A stretch of DNA of 51,867 bases, counting the filler, from Catajapyx aquilonaris (Eukaryota): NCBI GenBank assembly GCA_000934665.2. It is 3 parts of 3 records of this genome, joined end to end, with 100 filler letters (N's around TTAATTAATTAA, not from the genome) between each part and the next. Parts side by side here need not be neighbours in the genome. Positions count along the whole stretch, not along the records: positions 17,354 to 34,559 come from JYFJ02007002.1; positions 34,660 to 51,867 come from JYFJ02007003.1; 1 more part is not named here. One strand, 5' to 3'. This document shows, one piece after another, positions 24,994 through 36,305 of this stretch. The notes beneath the pieces were generated by a model, which was given only the letters and a program-made list of their open reading frames with translations, had not been told where the DNA came from and did no database searches. The first letter of the stretch is position 1. Each line of letters opens with the position of its first letter. The translations under genes were made by a program, and so were the position numbers.

Positions 24994-25705
24994 CAATTAT
25001 CCTATCATTTTAATTCAATAAATGGGAAAGGAGCAAAATTTTTTCTTTGCAATTTCACGCCACAAACCGTAGCTATCTATCTATTGCCACAAACTTCGCA
25101 CACTGATCAATACCTGTAATGAGCAGGATATTTCATTAAATGATTCCAAACCTGCATAATAACAAAACCATGTCGACATATGAAAATTACAAAATGTTTA
25201 TTGCCAAATATATTATATCTACATTTTCCAAATTACATAAAAACGTATTGCACCATACGCACATATGTAAGGACAACGTTACATGTAAAATGACAAGACA
25301 TGCGTATCACTGGAAATTCCTGGAAAGGTCTTCATTGCATCTCCCAAAATATTATTGCACACAGTTTCTATTGGTTATGTCATAAAGACTACATCAAAAT
25401 GACTGAGAAGATAGGAACCATCTGATAAGTATGGACCACGGTTCGGACCAACACAACTCTTGCTGCATGTCTTTCTCATCAATAACAACAATGCTGGTGA
25501 CAGCAATCCAGACTTGAATCAAAGTAGCATGAAACTCACAGAGGAGTTGAAGCCTTAATTAAGATTACTACATCTGTACTATTAACTGCAAAAGTAATGT
25601 CCCACTGTTATGCGATGGCGTCCACGGCTTGTTGTTTAGCATGGGTTGTGGCTTTCGGAATATTGCCAAATTAACATCCTTAACTCGGCAACGCCCATGC
25701 TAAAC

Positions 25706-25845
25706 GACGGTTTTGGTCGTTGGTCGCGTTGACGTCGTGGACCAATCATGACTCACGTAAACAAGCCCAACACAAGTGTTGCGCTTGTTTACATGAGTCA
25801 TGATTAGTCCCCGGCGTCAACACGCGACCAAAGACCAAAACCGTC
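25706..25845. repeat. ~140-bp near-perfect palindrome (foldback element)
   Basis: GACGGTTTTGGTC..TGGTCGCG..AATCATGACTCA..GTAAACAAGC is mirrored by GCTTGTTTAC..TGAGTCATGATT..CGCGACCA..GACCAAAACCGTC. Confidence 0.85.
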
Positions 25846-26119
25846 AACGGGCTGTATAGACGGGCCTTAACAGCGTGACATTACTTTTGCAGTTAATAGT
25901 ATACACGATATCACATGTAAGGCATCTCATTGTTGAAAAACTTCACAATAATGTTTCCATAAACATGGAAAACTCAACAGCATATCTTGTATTGTCCATA
26001 TACACAAACATCTTACTTCCTAAGATTGTCCATATTATATCCAGGTGTTGCTCCTTCCAAATAACGTTCTCGAGTATTTTTCTTAAAGCTCACAGTGACA
26101 CTCATATCATCCAGATCCT

Positions 26120-27176
26120 CTAGTTCATGACATCTACAATGTCCTCATCATCATTTGTGTAGTGCTCAAGTGCTTCACAAACAATTTTTCGTTCCTTTTC
26201 CTCCTTAGCAAACACTTCTGCACACTCTAGCAGTGGCCCATTTGTCTCCTCTATCAACATCACGAATTGCCTGATAATCCTAGAACGTGTCTGGATTTTC
26301 TGGTCAATTAGGGACATTCCACCATCAGTACGAGTGTCTGTTCCTGCTCTTTCACTTGCTGTCGCCTTGGCGTGCGCAAAAATGCCCAAAACCCATGGCT
26401 GCAAATCCTCTACTGTAATCCAGCCTTTCCGCTTGTCCTGTCCCTTTCCCACTCTCTCCTTCAGCACCTTTATGTAGTCATCAACTATCTCCTGCGCCAT
26501 CGTGCTAATGTTATGTTCCATGCTGAGCAGCTTCCACACTTTGCAAACGTTGTCCATGACTTTGGTACTTAACCAAATGTCTATCTCTATCATAATGTTA
26601 CAGTACTTTACAAGCTCAACTGCCTTATCGCGCAAGTTCATGTCCGTCGCTTGAAGGACCCTGCTCACCTCCTTAAACGTTACATGCAACACCTCCCTCT
26701 TCGATTGAAGTTCCTGCTCTATCTTTCTGGTGTGCGGATCCTCAGGCTCCTGATCAACATCTTGACCTGCAGAGAAAAAGAAAGTATGACATTCCTTCAT
26801 TATTAAACTCTATGGTCGACGAACATTGGTCGCACTGAAATTCTGAATTACTCCAAACTGAATAGTTCTTACCATTCTCAATTGTGGCGCTTGCAGGGTT
26901 GCTGTCATCAGCCACCGCAGCAATGTCACATCCGCTGTGAATCCCACTGCCGGTGTCGCTATCGCCATCAGGTGCGTCACTCATGTCCGCATCATTACTG
27001 TCATTTTCCTCATTGTTACTATTCCCAGTAGCATTGCTCACGTTGGTTGTATCCATTGCATCAATGTCCTGGGCAGTAGCCTCACTGATGCTACCTACAG
27101 CGGAGCATTCATCTGCGCTCTCATCATCATTAGCATCGCTTGCTCCGTTGTCCCACCTGCTAAACGCCGATCCCAT
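26120..27176 (-). CDS. Uncharacterised coiled-coil family paralogue B (MGSAFS N-terminus, acidic tract), ~316 aa
   Basis: Exon 27176-26873 (donor G|GTAAGA) and exon 26766-26120 (acceptor TTCTCTGCAG|GT) give 951 nt in frame. The ATG directly follows a TAG acceptor (likely 5'UTR intron 27254-27177). Confidence 0.8.
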
Positions 27177-27345
27177 CTACAGGAAGAGTCAAAACACATT
27201 CAAAATGGTACAGGGTGATTTTGAGGAAACCAAGTTTTGATGGGTCACACTCACAGTCAGAGCTACAGTGCTTCGTCCACCCTGGCAACAACACTCCAAG
27301 TGCAGCAACAACAATCCAAGAAAAAAAATATTGCTCGGTCCTCCA

Positions 27346-27356
27346 TGCGCATGCGC
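27346..27356. promoter_or_regulatory. NRF-1/EWG-type site TGCGCATGCGC upstream of paralogue B
   Basis: Same 11-mer as 24517-24527, upstream of the inferred 5'UTR exon. Confidence 0.45.
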
Positions 27357-28279
27357 CAAACTCACTAACAGCTATGTGGAAGTTTTATGTTACCAACATA
27401 ACAGTTACATGACTAGCGACTTGCCTCAAAAGCTGGTTTGCTCATTATCCTTTAAAAAAATTGTGATTAATATTTTCAGGTGATATTAATGGATAATTCA
27501 TCTCAGACCCTCTGAAGCATTTAATTTGACATGATATTGTACCCAATTTCAATTAGCACAATCGGTACATTCATCATGTGCGGTCAAGGTCACTATTTTG
27601 AGGAGCATTTCAGGAAAAAATATAGTTGCAACCACATGAATATTGCAAAGGATAATGAGTCATACAATATTAGTAATTAGCCAGCAAACTATAGCATAAG
27701 GGCAAGTTTAAATGAATTTTTCTTTGTTTTTATTGCACTTGATGGATTACAATTATCACAATATATTATCAGTCAGTACAACTGGTACAAAGCTAATACT
27801 ATGAGTAACCTGTTCCTTAATTGTATTGGAAGAAAATCAAACATTTTTATGATAAGCACAGTATGACTGCGTTACAACGCGAAAAGCGAATTCGTAAAAC
27901 AGCCTTCACAGTGACAATTGCTGCACTGGAACACGCTTCATCATGGGTAAGCTTTTCCCACTGATATTATTTTATGAAAGACTCGATGTCCTCAAGAGAA
28001 AACAGCAGAAGAAAAAAAAACCTGTTACACAAAACAAAACAAATAATTCTTAACAATTAAAAAATGAAGTTTCACATCCATATGCGTAAAGGCAAGTTGA
28101 ATAAATGATATTTGTACTCCGAGAAGTTCATCCAAATACTTGTATTTCGGTTCCATTAGATTAAGCCGTAACATTTAACATTGTAGCATAGGGATGTTTC
28201 ACAAAATCCACCATCGCAGATACGTAAAACTCAAAATACACTCTTACAAAATTTTTAAGTGCATGTGCCCTATGCTCTT

Positions 28280-30957
28280 CTAGTCGCTGTTGTCCATTAG
28301 TTCCACCAACTCTGAGTACGCGTGACCGTACTGCTCAAGCAGCCACTGTTGCTTTTCGATGGCCACGTCGTTTTCTTCTTCAGCCTCTTTGAGCTTCCTG
28401 ATACTTCCTCTACACTCTGACAGTTCCTTCATGTTTGCTGTCATCAAATCCCTTGTTACATCAACAATCTTCTTGCACCCATCAATCGCCTCGTCAATTT
28501 GTTTACCTTCTGCCTCGCTTTTGGCCATGGTGGCTTTTGCCCTTTCGAACACTGCCCTCTTGCGCTCCACATATATACGCTGCAGACACAGGTCCGGCAT
28601 CTCCTCGCTCTCAGTTGCCACTTGACTGCCGCGCTGCCCTCCACTTTCATCAATCTCCTCCTTGCACTTTGGTTGTGGCTTCATACCCTCTTCCAAAACC
28701 TTGTAGTATTCACGGAATAGTTCCCGACTGTCAGTGGCCAGCTTCAGTTTCCACTCAAGAAGCTGTGACACCTTCTTAATCTGTCCACTGGCCCTATCTC
28801 TCAGCCAATTGAGAATGTGAATAATTCGATGGCTAGCATCAAGGAGACCAATTCGCCTACTAACCAACCTCGCTGCATTTCCATTAAGCCTGCTGATTTC
28901 ATTCAGTACCTTGAGGTACTCCTTCCCCACTAGCTGCAGTGCCTCTAGCAGCCTGCGGTTTTCTTGAAGCAGATCAGTGATGGATGGACGGTTCATCTCC
29001 TGCAGTGATGGATCATCTCCTGGGGATAAAACAGGTCATGATGCTGTGGTCTAAGTAAATCCTTTCCAATGATAATGCAGCATCAGATATTAACAACACT
29101 TATGAATGTTCCAGTGATATCGCATGCAGTAGTTTGCAAAAACCAGTAGAACCAACTGAATATGGCACACCTGGCATCTCCGACTTCCCTACAATATGGC
29201 TGGGAGACTAGAATTGGGTTTGAAGCAGATCTCTGGCGATCAATTGGTTTGTGACCATCCAGCATTTTAAAAATTTTAATAACCTGTGATCAGCTTATGA
29301 CATCTTGCAAAATTATTTTTAAACATTCTCGCAATTTCATTATTCCCTGGGTTGAAATGATTGGTAATGATGGATTGCATAGGTGGGAGAAAATGGGAGT
29401 ACTCTAAGACCACCCTGCATGCATGCATGGAGAACTCATTGAAACTCTTGCCATGTTGAAAAATCTTAAGTTTATAATCAGGGATTCAGATGACATGACC
29501 TTGACTTTACCCATACACCACATTGTGCCACCCAAAGAGTTGTCCACTTCTGTAACCAGTTTGCAGTTGTACATTTAATCATGTAATCACACACAATCAT
29601 GAGTCGACTGAAGTGCTCTTTTTACACAGGAAATGACAATGCATAAACACAAGTAATCAAAATCAGGTGTGCACTTCAAAGAGGAATGGCCATCCTACAT
29701 TCAACATGTTGTGGTTGCAATGTATGAAGAATATCATAACATTCCAGATCGTCTAGTCTAACGTGTCTAGTCAGTGCAGGCAGGCAACGTTAAATATTTC
29801 ACTACCGGTAGTCGATTTAAATTATTATGCAAAAATCACTTCAGTGCAAGTTCTTCTTACCAACGAATAACACATACCATATTTTTTCGAGTGCTTTGTG
29901 GTACTATTAAAGCATAAAAACTGTTACACTACAGCTTTGAATAACACCAAAACATAAATAATAAATAATAAATAAAACAAATAACTGATTCCTAACTGGA
30001 TTAGACAGACTATAACTGTCATATGATTGTAGTCGCATTGCTTCAGAGTTGCATCAAAGTTTTGATGGTTTAAAGGGAGAGGTACTATCGGCACGGAAAT
30101 GGTATGGACACTTGGGGGTAAGCTGACCATTGACAAGTGTCCATACCATTTCCGCGCCGATAGTACATGTAACTCATAAAAACATATTTTCCAGTGCAAA
30201 TCCAACAAGGCATTAAACTCATGTTTTATCCCCTCAATAGAAACTTGTAGTAAGGTACTGGCACCCAAAATACAACCTACAATGCAGAAATTCCAAACCT
30301 TAAAATTAAATTCATAATGGATAGATGCTAGACTGAAGCACTCATAATAATGGATACCCCGTGATAGGCCCCTTGGGCCTCTTAGGGGATCATCTTTTGA
30401 AAAACCGACTTTAATAATTTGCCTGAAATGTGATGGATTTTGATAGTGGTAGGAAACGGGAGAACCCCGAGAAAACCCACGCGAACACGGAGAGAACCCA
30501 TCGAAACTCTATCCACATAAGTATCCTCCGTCCGACCCGGGGATCGAACTCGGGACCTTAGAGGTGGAAGGCTGCGGCGCTAACCACTCGGCCACCGTGT
30601 CGCCCTAGACTGAAGCACTCATGCTCACAAACACCATATTAAATATGTACCATTTTCGGTGCTTCCGCTGTCCAGGTTGGGAGTCTCGTTGCGGGTACCA
30701 TCAACAGCCATGCCGTGGTGGGGGTCAATGTCATTTCCAGTGTTTTCCTCATCACTGCTGCTGCGGTTACTGTCAACCATGAAACTACCAGTACCCCTAC
30801 TGGTACTTTGAGCAGCAGCATTACTGCTAGTCGACCAGTTGCCCCTAATTCCCCTATTGCTTCGAGTGCCACTGAACCCCCAAGCTTCACTCTCGTTGTC
30901 ACTGCCGCAGTCCCAGTCATCCTCTGAGCTACTTCCCTCTCTGAAGGTGCCCGCCAT
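28280..30957 (-). CDS. Uncharacterised coiled-coil family paralogue C (MAGTFR N-terminus, no Gly2), ~348 aa
   Basis: Exon 30957-30651 (acidic/Ser-rich, ends STEN-G|GTACAT) and exon 29019-28280 (acceptor TTTTATCCCCAG|GA; DLLQENRRLLEAL...KQQWLLEQY) give 1047 nt in frame. Confidence 0.75.
30346..30605 (-). mobile_element. Full-length tRNA-derived SINE with V-domain-like core and 17-bp TSD
   Basis: Minus-strand head GGGCGACACGG-TGGCCGAGTGG (A box) and GAGTTCGATCC (B box). Core GTGGATAGAGTTT..GTTCTCTCCGTGTTCGCGTGGGTTTTCTCGGGGTTCTCCCGTTTCCTACCAC resembles the recalled V-SINE domain. Short ATT tail. TSD TAGACTGAAGCACTCAT at 30329-30345 and 30606-30622. Confidence 0.9.
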
Positions 30958-31582
30958 TACACCACTACAACAGATAAAACATCAATCTTACTAACAGTGA
31001 TGCATGCAAAATATTGCAGGTCACGAACACATGCGCACAGCAAGTCAAATCTTTCAAGTACAACTACCGCACAACACTGTTGGCAGCTGGCTTGGTTATA
31101 CTGTCCAGAAAAGCCTGAATAAGCACACCCTGTAAATAAGAACTTCAAGTGTTCCGTACAATCATTGCAATATGCCTTTCTAGTATTCCATGCATATTAC
31201 CTTCTGTTGTTACAAAGTTGTACAGTAAACCAGTCACACGTCCGCGGAAAATGAGCTGGACAAAACCTTTCTGGAACCTTCCTTACAGAAAATATCCTCT
31301 TTTTTTTTTTCTCCAAGCCAGAAACGCTGGAACGAAAAAAAAAAAAAAATTGGTAGAAAAACGAGGCCTACTCGGCCGCGTCCGAATGGTCCTCTATCAG
31401 CTACTCAATCTAGCAGCTACTTTAAAAGAGCTGATTGCAAGTTGAAGAACATTTAATTATTAATTAAATGATTTTACATATGGGAGCAGCACAGAGACAA
31501 TGCCCAACATGGTGTGGCGTTAAACTCGATTACGTTAGGTGAATTTGGTAATTACAATCACTTTTTAAAAGATGCAATTAGG

Positions 31583-31584
<2 letters not shown>

Positions 31585-31650
<66 letters not shown>
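31585..31650. repeat. (ATT)22 microsatellite
   Basis: Perfect run read directly from the sequence. Confidence 0.97.
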
Positions 31651-32357
31651 GTGGCAGACAAAACACAAAATATTTGGTGTCCATTGATGATGCCAGTATG
31701 TCGGTACTGTCGGTACATTGCATGCATCGCTATGGAAATTGATAGCTCACTAAAAATGTCGTTGAAAATATTTATAATTAACAAAATGTAGCGGATCATA
31801 TGCATATGTTTATGGCCCGGCAGATAAGGAGACAAGAGACAATCCTGGAGGAACACTTCTGCAGGATGATTACTGTCCTGCCACCAAGACGACAATTAAA
31901 ATGAGAGAAATCACAACCAGAATTTTTTATTCGTTTACTATTTCCCTGTACTTGTACTTCAATACTAAAATGTGACTTACGGATTGCCTTTCAAACAATT
32001 TGTACGGGTGGACAAAAAACTTGGGGTTCTGATAAAAGAGGCAGACTATGCCGCCAACATTCCTCACCACAAATTAATAGCACAGTCATAAAGTAGGAAG
32101 GCATTTGTGTAAGTAGGCCTACAAGCACTACAAACCATTCCAATGATTCATGATTATCAATGACTACACAGCTTAGGATGCAACTGACACTTTCACATAC
32201 AGTGGGCCCTTCATATCCGAGAGGAAATGGCTCCAGGACCACATACAGATATCAAAATCCACGGACCCTCGAAAGTCCCTTACACAAAAAGGTGTCCACA
32301 ATTTGAAATAATCAAAAGAACAGCAACCCTTACATACTATCGGTGAAATGTGACCGT

Positions 32358-32495
32358 GGGGCCGTGCAGACGGGCCAAGCTTAGCCGCGGCTGGCCGCGA
32401 CAGTTCACACCTAGCGGCCCCCTAGCAACGCCACGGGCCAACTTCCTGGAAGTTGGCCAGGGCCGCGGCCAAGTTTGGCCCGTCTGCACGGCCCC
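32358..32495. mobile_element. GC-rich MITE with 21-bp perfect TIR (PIF/Harbinger-like termini)
   Basis: GGGGCCGTGCAGACGGGCCAA ... TTGGCCCGTCTGCACGGCCCC, with an internal palindrome GGCCAACTTCCTGGAAGTTGGCC. No clear TSD, so the superfamily is tentative. Confidence 0.7.
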
Positions 32496-33022
32496 CCTTT
32501 CTCATAAGAACAGCATCTGAAGAGGCGTGCACAATAATATGTACTTAGCCAATAAAATATAATGGACACATGTCCAAAATGAAGCATATCCAATTAGGAC
32601 ATATTTAGCCAGCATTAGTGTTAAACTTTGTGACTTGACTTCTGAAAAGATAATTATTATCACCCCACATTCTTCAGCATGCTGGTATAAAATGAGGTTG
32701 ACCAGGCAGGAACCAGCCAGAGGTTATAATAAGTGGGGGTAATTTTAGTAAGTTCTGCTTCCCCTTAAAAATTACTCGATATTTAAAATTTGACAGCTAT
32801 TGAGTGCCTACAAAAAATTTTTTTGGTAAAATGGCAAATTTTTATGCTAGAAGTGCAAAGTGATTTGAGAGCTAGGAGCATGCAGTCTCAAGATAGGCCA
32901 GAGCTGGGTAATACTACGATGTGCAACATTAAGAGAGAATATTCAACACTTTACATCAACCAATCCTGGGAAACCATCCGCAATGAATTGGACATGCTGT
33001 CTTAGAAACATATTGAATTTAA

Positions 33023-33747
33023 TTATTCTGTGACAACATCTGAGAGCTCTCTCAATTCCGAGGTAACTTTTGTGTACTCATCCATTATAAAGAGCAGCAT
33101 GTTAATAATTGCCTCCATTTTTTTAACTTTCTTCTTAACCTCACGGATCCTACTTGTGCACAGTCTCATTTTGCTTTCTAGACCTTCCCTAAATTCTTCC
33201 AGATTTGTTATAGAACACTCTAACTCATCAACATCTAGGTCAAGGGATCTTGCTCCTACCAACTTTTTGAGTCTGCCTGGCTCTGCACCCAGTGCATTGC
33301 AATATGCTGCAGTGGTATGTAATGACCCGGTGTTAACTTCTTCAACTCTCACTTGCTGTTGCTGTGTTCGACCCACTCTGTCATCTTCTATCTTCCCACC
33401 ATCATCTTGTGACTCAGCTCCCTGGCATATTACACACAGCCCCATATGCTTATGAATATCTCCAATTAAATTTTTTACCTTGTCCCTAACCAACACAACC
33501 TTATTACGTAACTCTACAGTTACCTGTAACTGTACAGTTACCTCACTGACGAATTCATGCAGATTTTTATGATGCTTTAAATATTCAAGTTCCAGTTCTT
33601 CCAGCAGCTGTGAATTCAGGAAGAGCAAGTTGAGCTTTGATAGTGTCTTGCTGGACTCATTTTCCACAAGGGCAGCTGCATATACGAGCTTCTGTATTTC
33701 ATTATGACGCTCGGCAGCAGAATGTACAGGCTGATCAACACCAAACC
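33023..33747 (-). CDS. Uncharacterised coiled-coil family paralogue E, second coding exon only
   Basis: Acceptor CTCTCCCTTCCGTCAG|GG (phase 1, completing Gly) opens a frame to the stop at 33023. The C-terminus LLFIMDEYTKVTSELREL matches QQWLLEQYGHAYSELVEL of paralogue C. No first exon was found before the contig end. Confidence 0.68.
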
Positions 33748-34151
33748 CTGACGGAAGGGAGAGAAATAAAAATAGCACCTATGAGGGCCACACACCACAC
33801 AATACTTTATGTGCTGGTGCTCAAGTTTCTGGTAAAAACATTCACTCTCATGCATGGTCCAAAAATGCAGGGGGTCAAATGTGATGCATAAGCGTAGATT
33901 ATGGCACCTTGCTATGGAAACAACAAGCTACAATTAAAATAACAACATCAAGTGAAATTTCCTATAACTAAAAGGACTAATACACTTGGAACACCCTGTA
34001 TTTTCAAGAGGCTACAAAGAAATGACTATGGGTTCAAGTAATCTTAGTGGCATTTCAATTTCTCATGCATGCCGTTACAACTGCACAGTCAACAACAAAA
34101 TTTCAGATCACTAGTAGAAACTGATGCAATGACAAAATACACTGTGGCACA

Positions 34152-34400
34152 GGGAGGCATGGTGGTCTGGTGGTTACGCCACTGGCCAGCCAAGCGGGAG
34201 GCCGGAGTTCAAATTCTGTCCCCGTCACCTCTGCTTGGCAGGGTCTTTTTCCACTTTTCACCTGACATGCCGGGGCAGAAATAAATTGTTGCTCTCCCTA
34301 CTCTGCCCAGGGCCAGGAGAAACGGCCTGGTGTTTAAAGAATGTCAGAAATGACTACTGCACAGCACTCTTCCTTGGGAACCTCCCCTTCCCCCCTAAAA
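34152..34400 (+). mobile_element. tRNA-derived SINE (second family); 3' boundary approximate
   Basis: A box TGGTCTGGTGG and B box GAGTTCAAATT. The body GACATGCCGGGGC..CTCCCTACTCTGCCCAGGGCCAGG..CTGGTGT recurs at ~36240-36305 on another contig. Confidence 0.65.
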
Positions 34401-34559
34401 GGGCTCCACCCTATCACAGGGTAAATATTTTAAAAAAACAACAAACAAACAAACAAACATTGTGGCACCTTTACCTACAGGGTGTTTCCTGTAACTCTGT
34501 AAAGACTTGCAGGGGTAATAGAGGCCACCAACAGGGCCGCATTAAGGTTTTTTGCGCCC

Positions 34560-34659
34560 NNNNNNNNNNNNNNNNNNNNNNNNNNNNNNNNNNNNNNNNN
34601 NNNTTAATTAATTAANNNNNNNNNNNNNNNNNNNNNNNNNNNNNNNNNNNNNNNNNNNN
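34560..34659. other. Artificial contig-joining linker N44-TTAATTAATTAA-N44
   Basis: Identical to 17254-17353. Confidence 0.98.
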
Positions 34660-34827
34660 AATCCGCGGTATGAAAGAGCCATACAAGCCGGGCACCTCCG
34701 CACTTCCACGAAAACCAAGCAACCAACCATGCGAAGAAGAGAATAATAAAAAGCGATAAAGCCACTTCCCCATCCCCAGTGTGACTTGCTCGGCGCCAAG
34801 TAGCGGCTAGCTCGTCATGACGAGGTC

Positions 34828-35078
34828 CCCTTACCGAAATTAATTTATATATAATATCAATATAGTGGCGAGGTGGTCGCGTGGTGGGTACCTCGCGACT
34901 ACCTCGGCTGGCGAGGTGGCCACCTCGCCACCGCCACCTTGCGACCACCTCGCCGACCGCCACCTCGCCGCGACTTCGCCCGCGACATAGCGAAATGAAA
35001 CAACCGCTAGTATGCGGTTGGGTGGCCATAAGCTCGTCTGACGACCTCGCCGCGAGGTAGAGAAAATTTCGGTAAGGG
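34828..35078. mobile_element. MITE with 14-bp TIR and many internal ACCTCGC/GCGAGGT motifs (CACTA/EnSpm-like organisation)
   Basis: CCCTTACCGAAATT (34828-34841) and AATTTCGGTAAGGG (35065-35078). Repeated GGCGAGGTGG and CCACCTCGCC occur in both orientations. Confidence 0.7.
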
Positions 35079-36239
35079 ACACGCGCCTTTTATTTTTTAA
35101 AAATTGCATAGTCGTTGCGGGGGAGGACGGTAAAAATTTCGCTGTAAAAAAAAAAAGAACTTGGGTAGTTTCCTTTCGAAATGAAATTTGCTCACGAACT
35201 TTGGTCGGAACAAGTATGCATAATGCATGATCGCGCAACAAGACTTGATGTAGTACTACAAGGGGGATCAGGACGTGTGCTGCCAGATAACACCTTTTCT
35301 TACTAAAATTTTTTTTTTCCTTACCACATTCTTTCCAAAAAAAAGGCTGTTTGCTGAGAGACGATCGAACCGAGCATTAATATTTTAATTCGTTCCCACC
35401 TTCAGACAATTTGTCCATATATAACTCGAGTCTTTACACATTATGTAACTCTGGCAGACTCAACCCAACCGTATATAAAACAGTCCAGTCAAATTCCTCC
35501 AGAAAGTCCGGTCGTTTGTTGCAAACAAGTCTACAAAGGAACCTATTTTTCCCCACGTTTGTGCGTCCAAGCATTGTACCGTACACCGGTACAACCCGCC
35601 CTGCACCCAGAAGCACCCCCTGTGATTAGAAAGCATTTTGTGCGCACCCCCTCCTCGTTTGGACGTCCGTCCGTTTAACCCTTTTTGAGTCCACCCCACC
35701 CCCACCAGTGTGGTTAATGAGGGAAGCGCTAATGAGGGAGAACCCAGCTTCACATTCCGCGAGTTAAAAAGTCAAGCACAATCGAGGATGGGCAGCCATG
35801 GGAGGGCTCGTCCGGCTGATTAACACGCCTACTTCTTCCACTTTCAGAGGTTTTAATGAGTCTGTTCGCAGCGTGAAAGGGTGAAGAGCTGCGAGTGGGC
35901 CACGAGAGACTGTGCTGGGGGGGGACAGAGTTGTTTCCACCCTGATTGTCATTTCTCAACTGAATATATGCAAGGTTTTACATTCTCCTCATAAACAACG
36001 TGTAAAAACTAAATATCCTAAATTTTGGGTATTTATACTCTAAAGGTGCGTTTTTTTCTCAATCGAGGACATTTAAGACATCGGTTTGCCCATTTGCAGC
36101 ACTCCCAGTAGGTTGAAAGTGAGTTAGGTAGCCCCCGGGCATACAAACATACCAATAAAGGATCCCTTCCAGGATTTATTTTGCAGTGTTCCGCAATAAT
36201 GTGCCTAGGATGTTGTTCCTCATAATATTAGATGAAAAC

Positions 36240-36305
36240 CCGACATGCCGGGGCTGAATTGCACTCCCTACTCTGCCCAAGGCCAGGGAAAAAGGTCTGG
36301 TGTAT
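36240..36305 (+). mobile_element. Internal fragment of the SINE family at 34152
   Basis: CCGACATGCCGGGGC..CACTCCCTACTCTGCCCAAGGCCAGGGAAAAAGGTCTGGTGT aligns to ~34262-34335. Confidence 0.6.

Noticed and set aside
30432..30605. tRNA gene candidates (also ~34152-34225)
   Set aside because: A and B boxes are present, but they continue into SINE bodies with a TSD or a second genomic copy, and no convincing cloverleaf is evident.
31578..31895. ORF with a poly-Ile 'transmembrane' tail
   Set aside because: It is the translation of the (ATT)22 microsatellite.
32198..32300. Single Tigger-like terminus (similar lone termini near 45190 and 49330)
   Set aside because: No matching second TIR was found, so these were not listed as elements.
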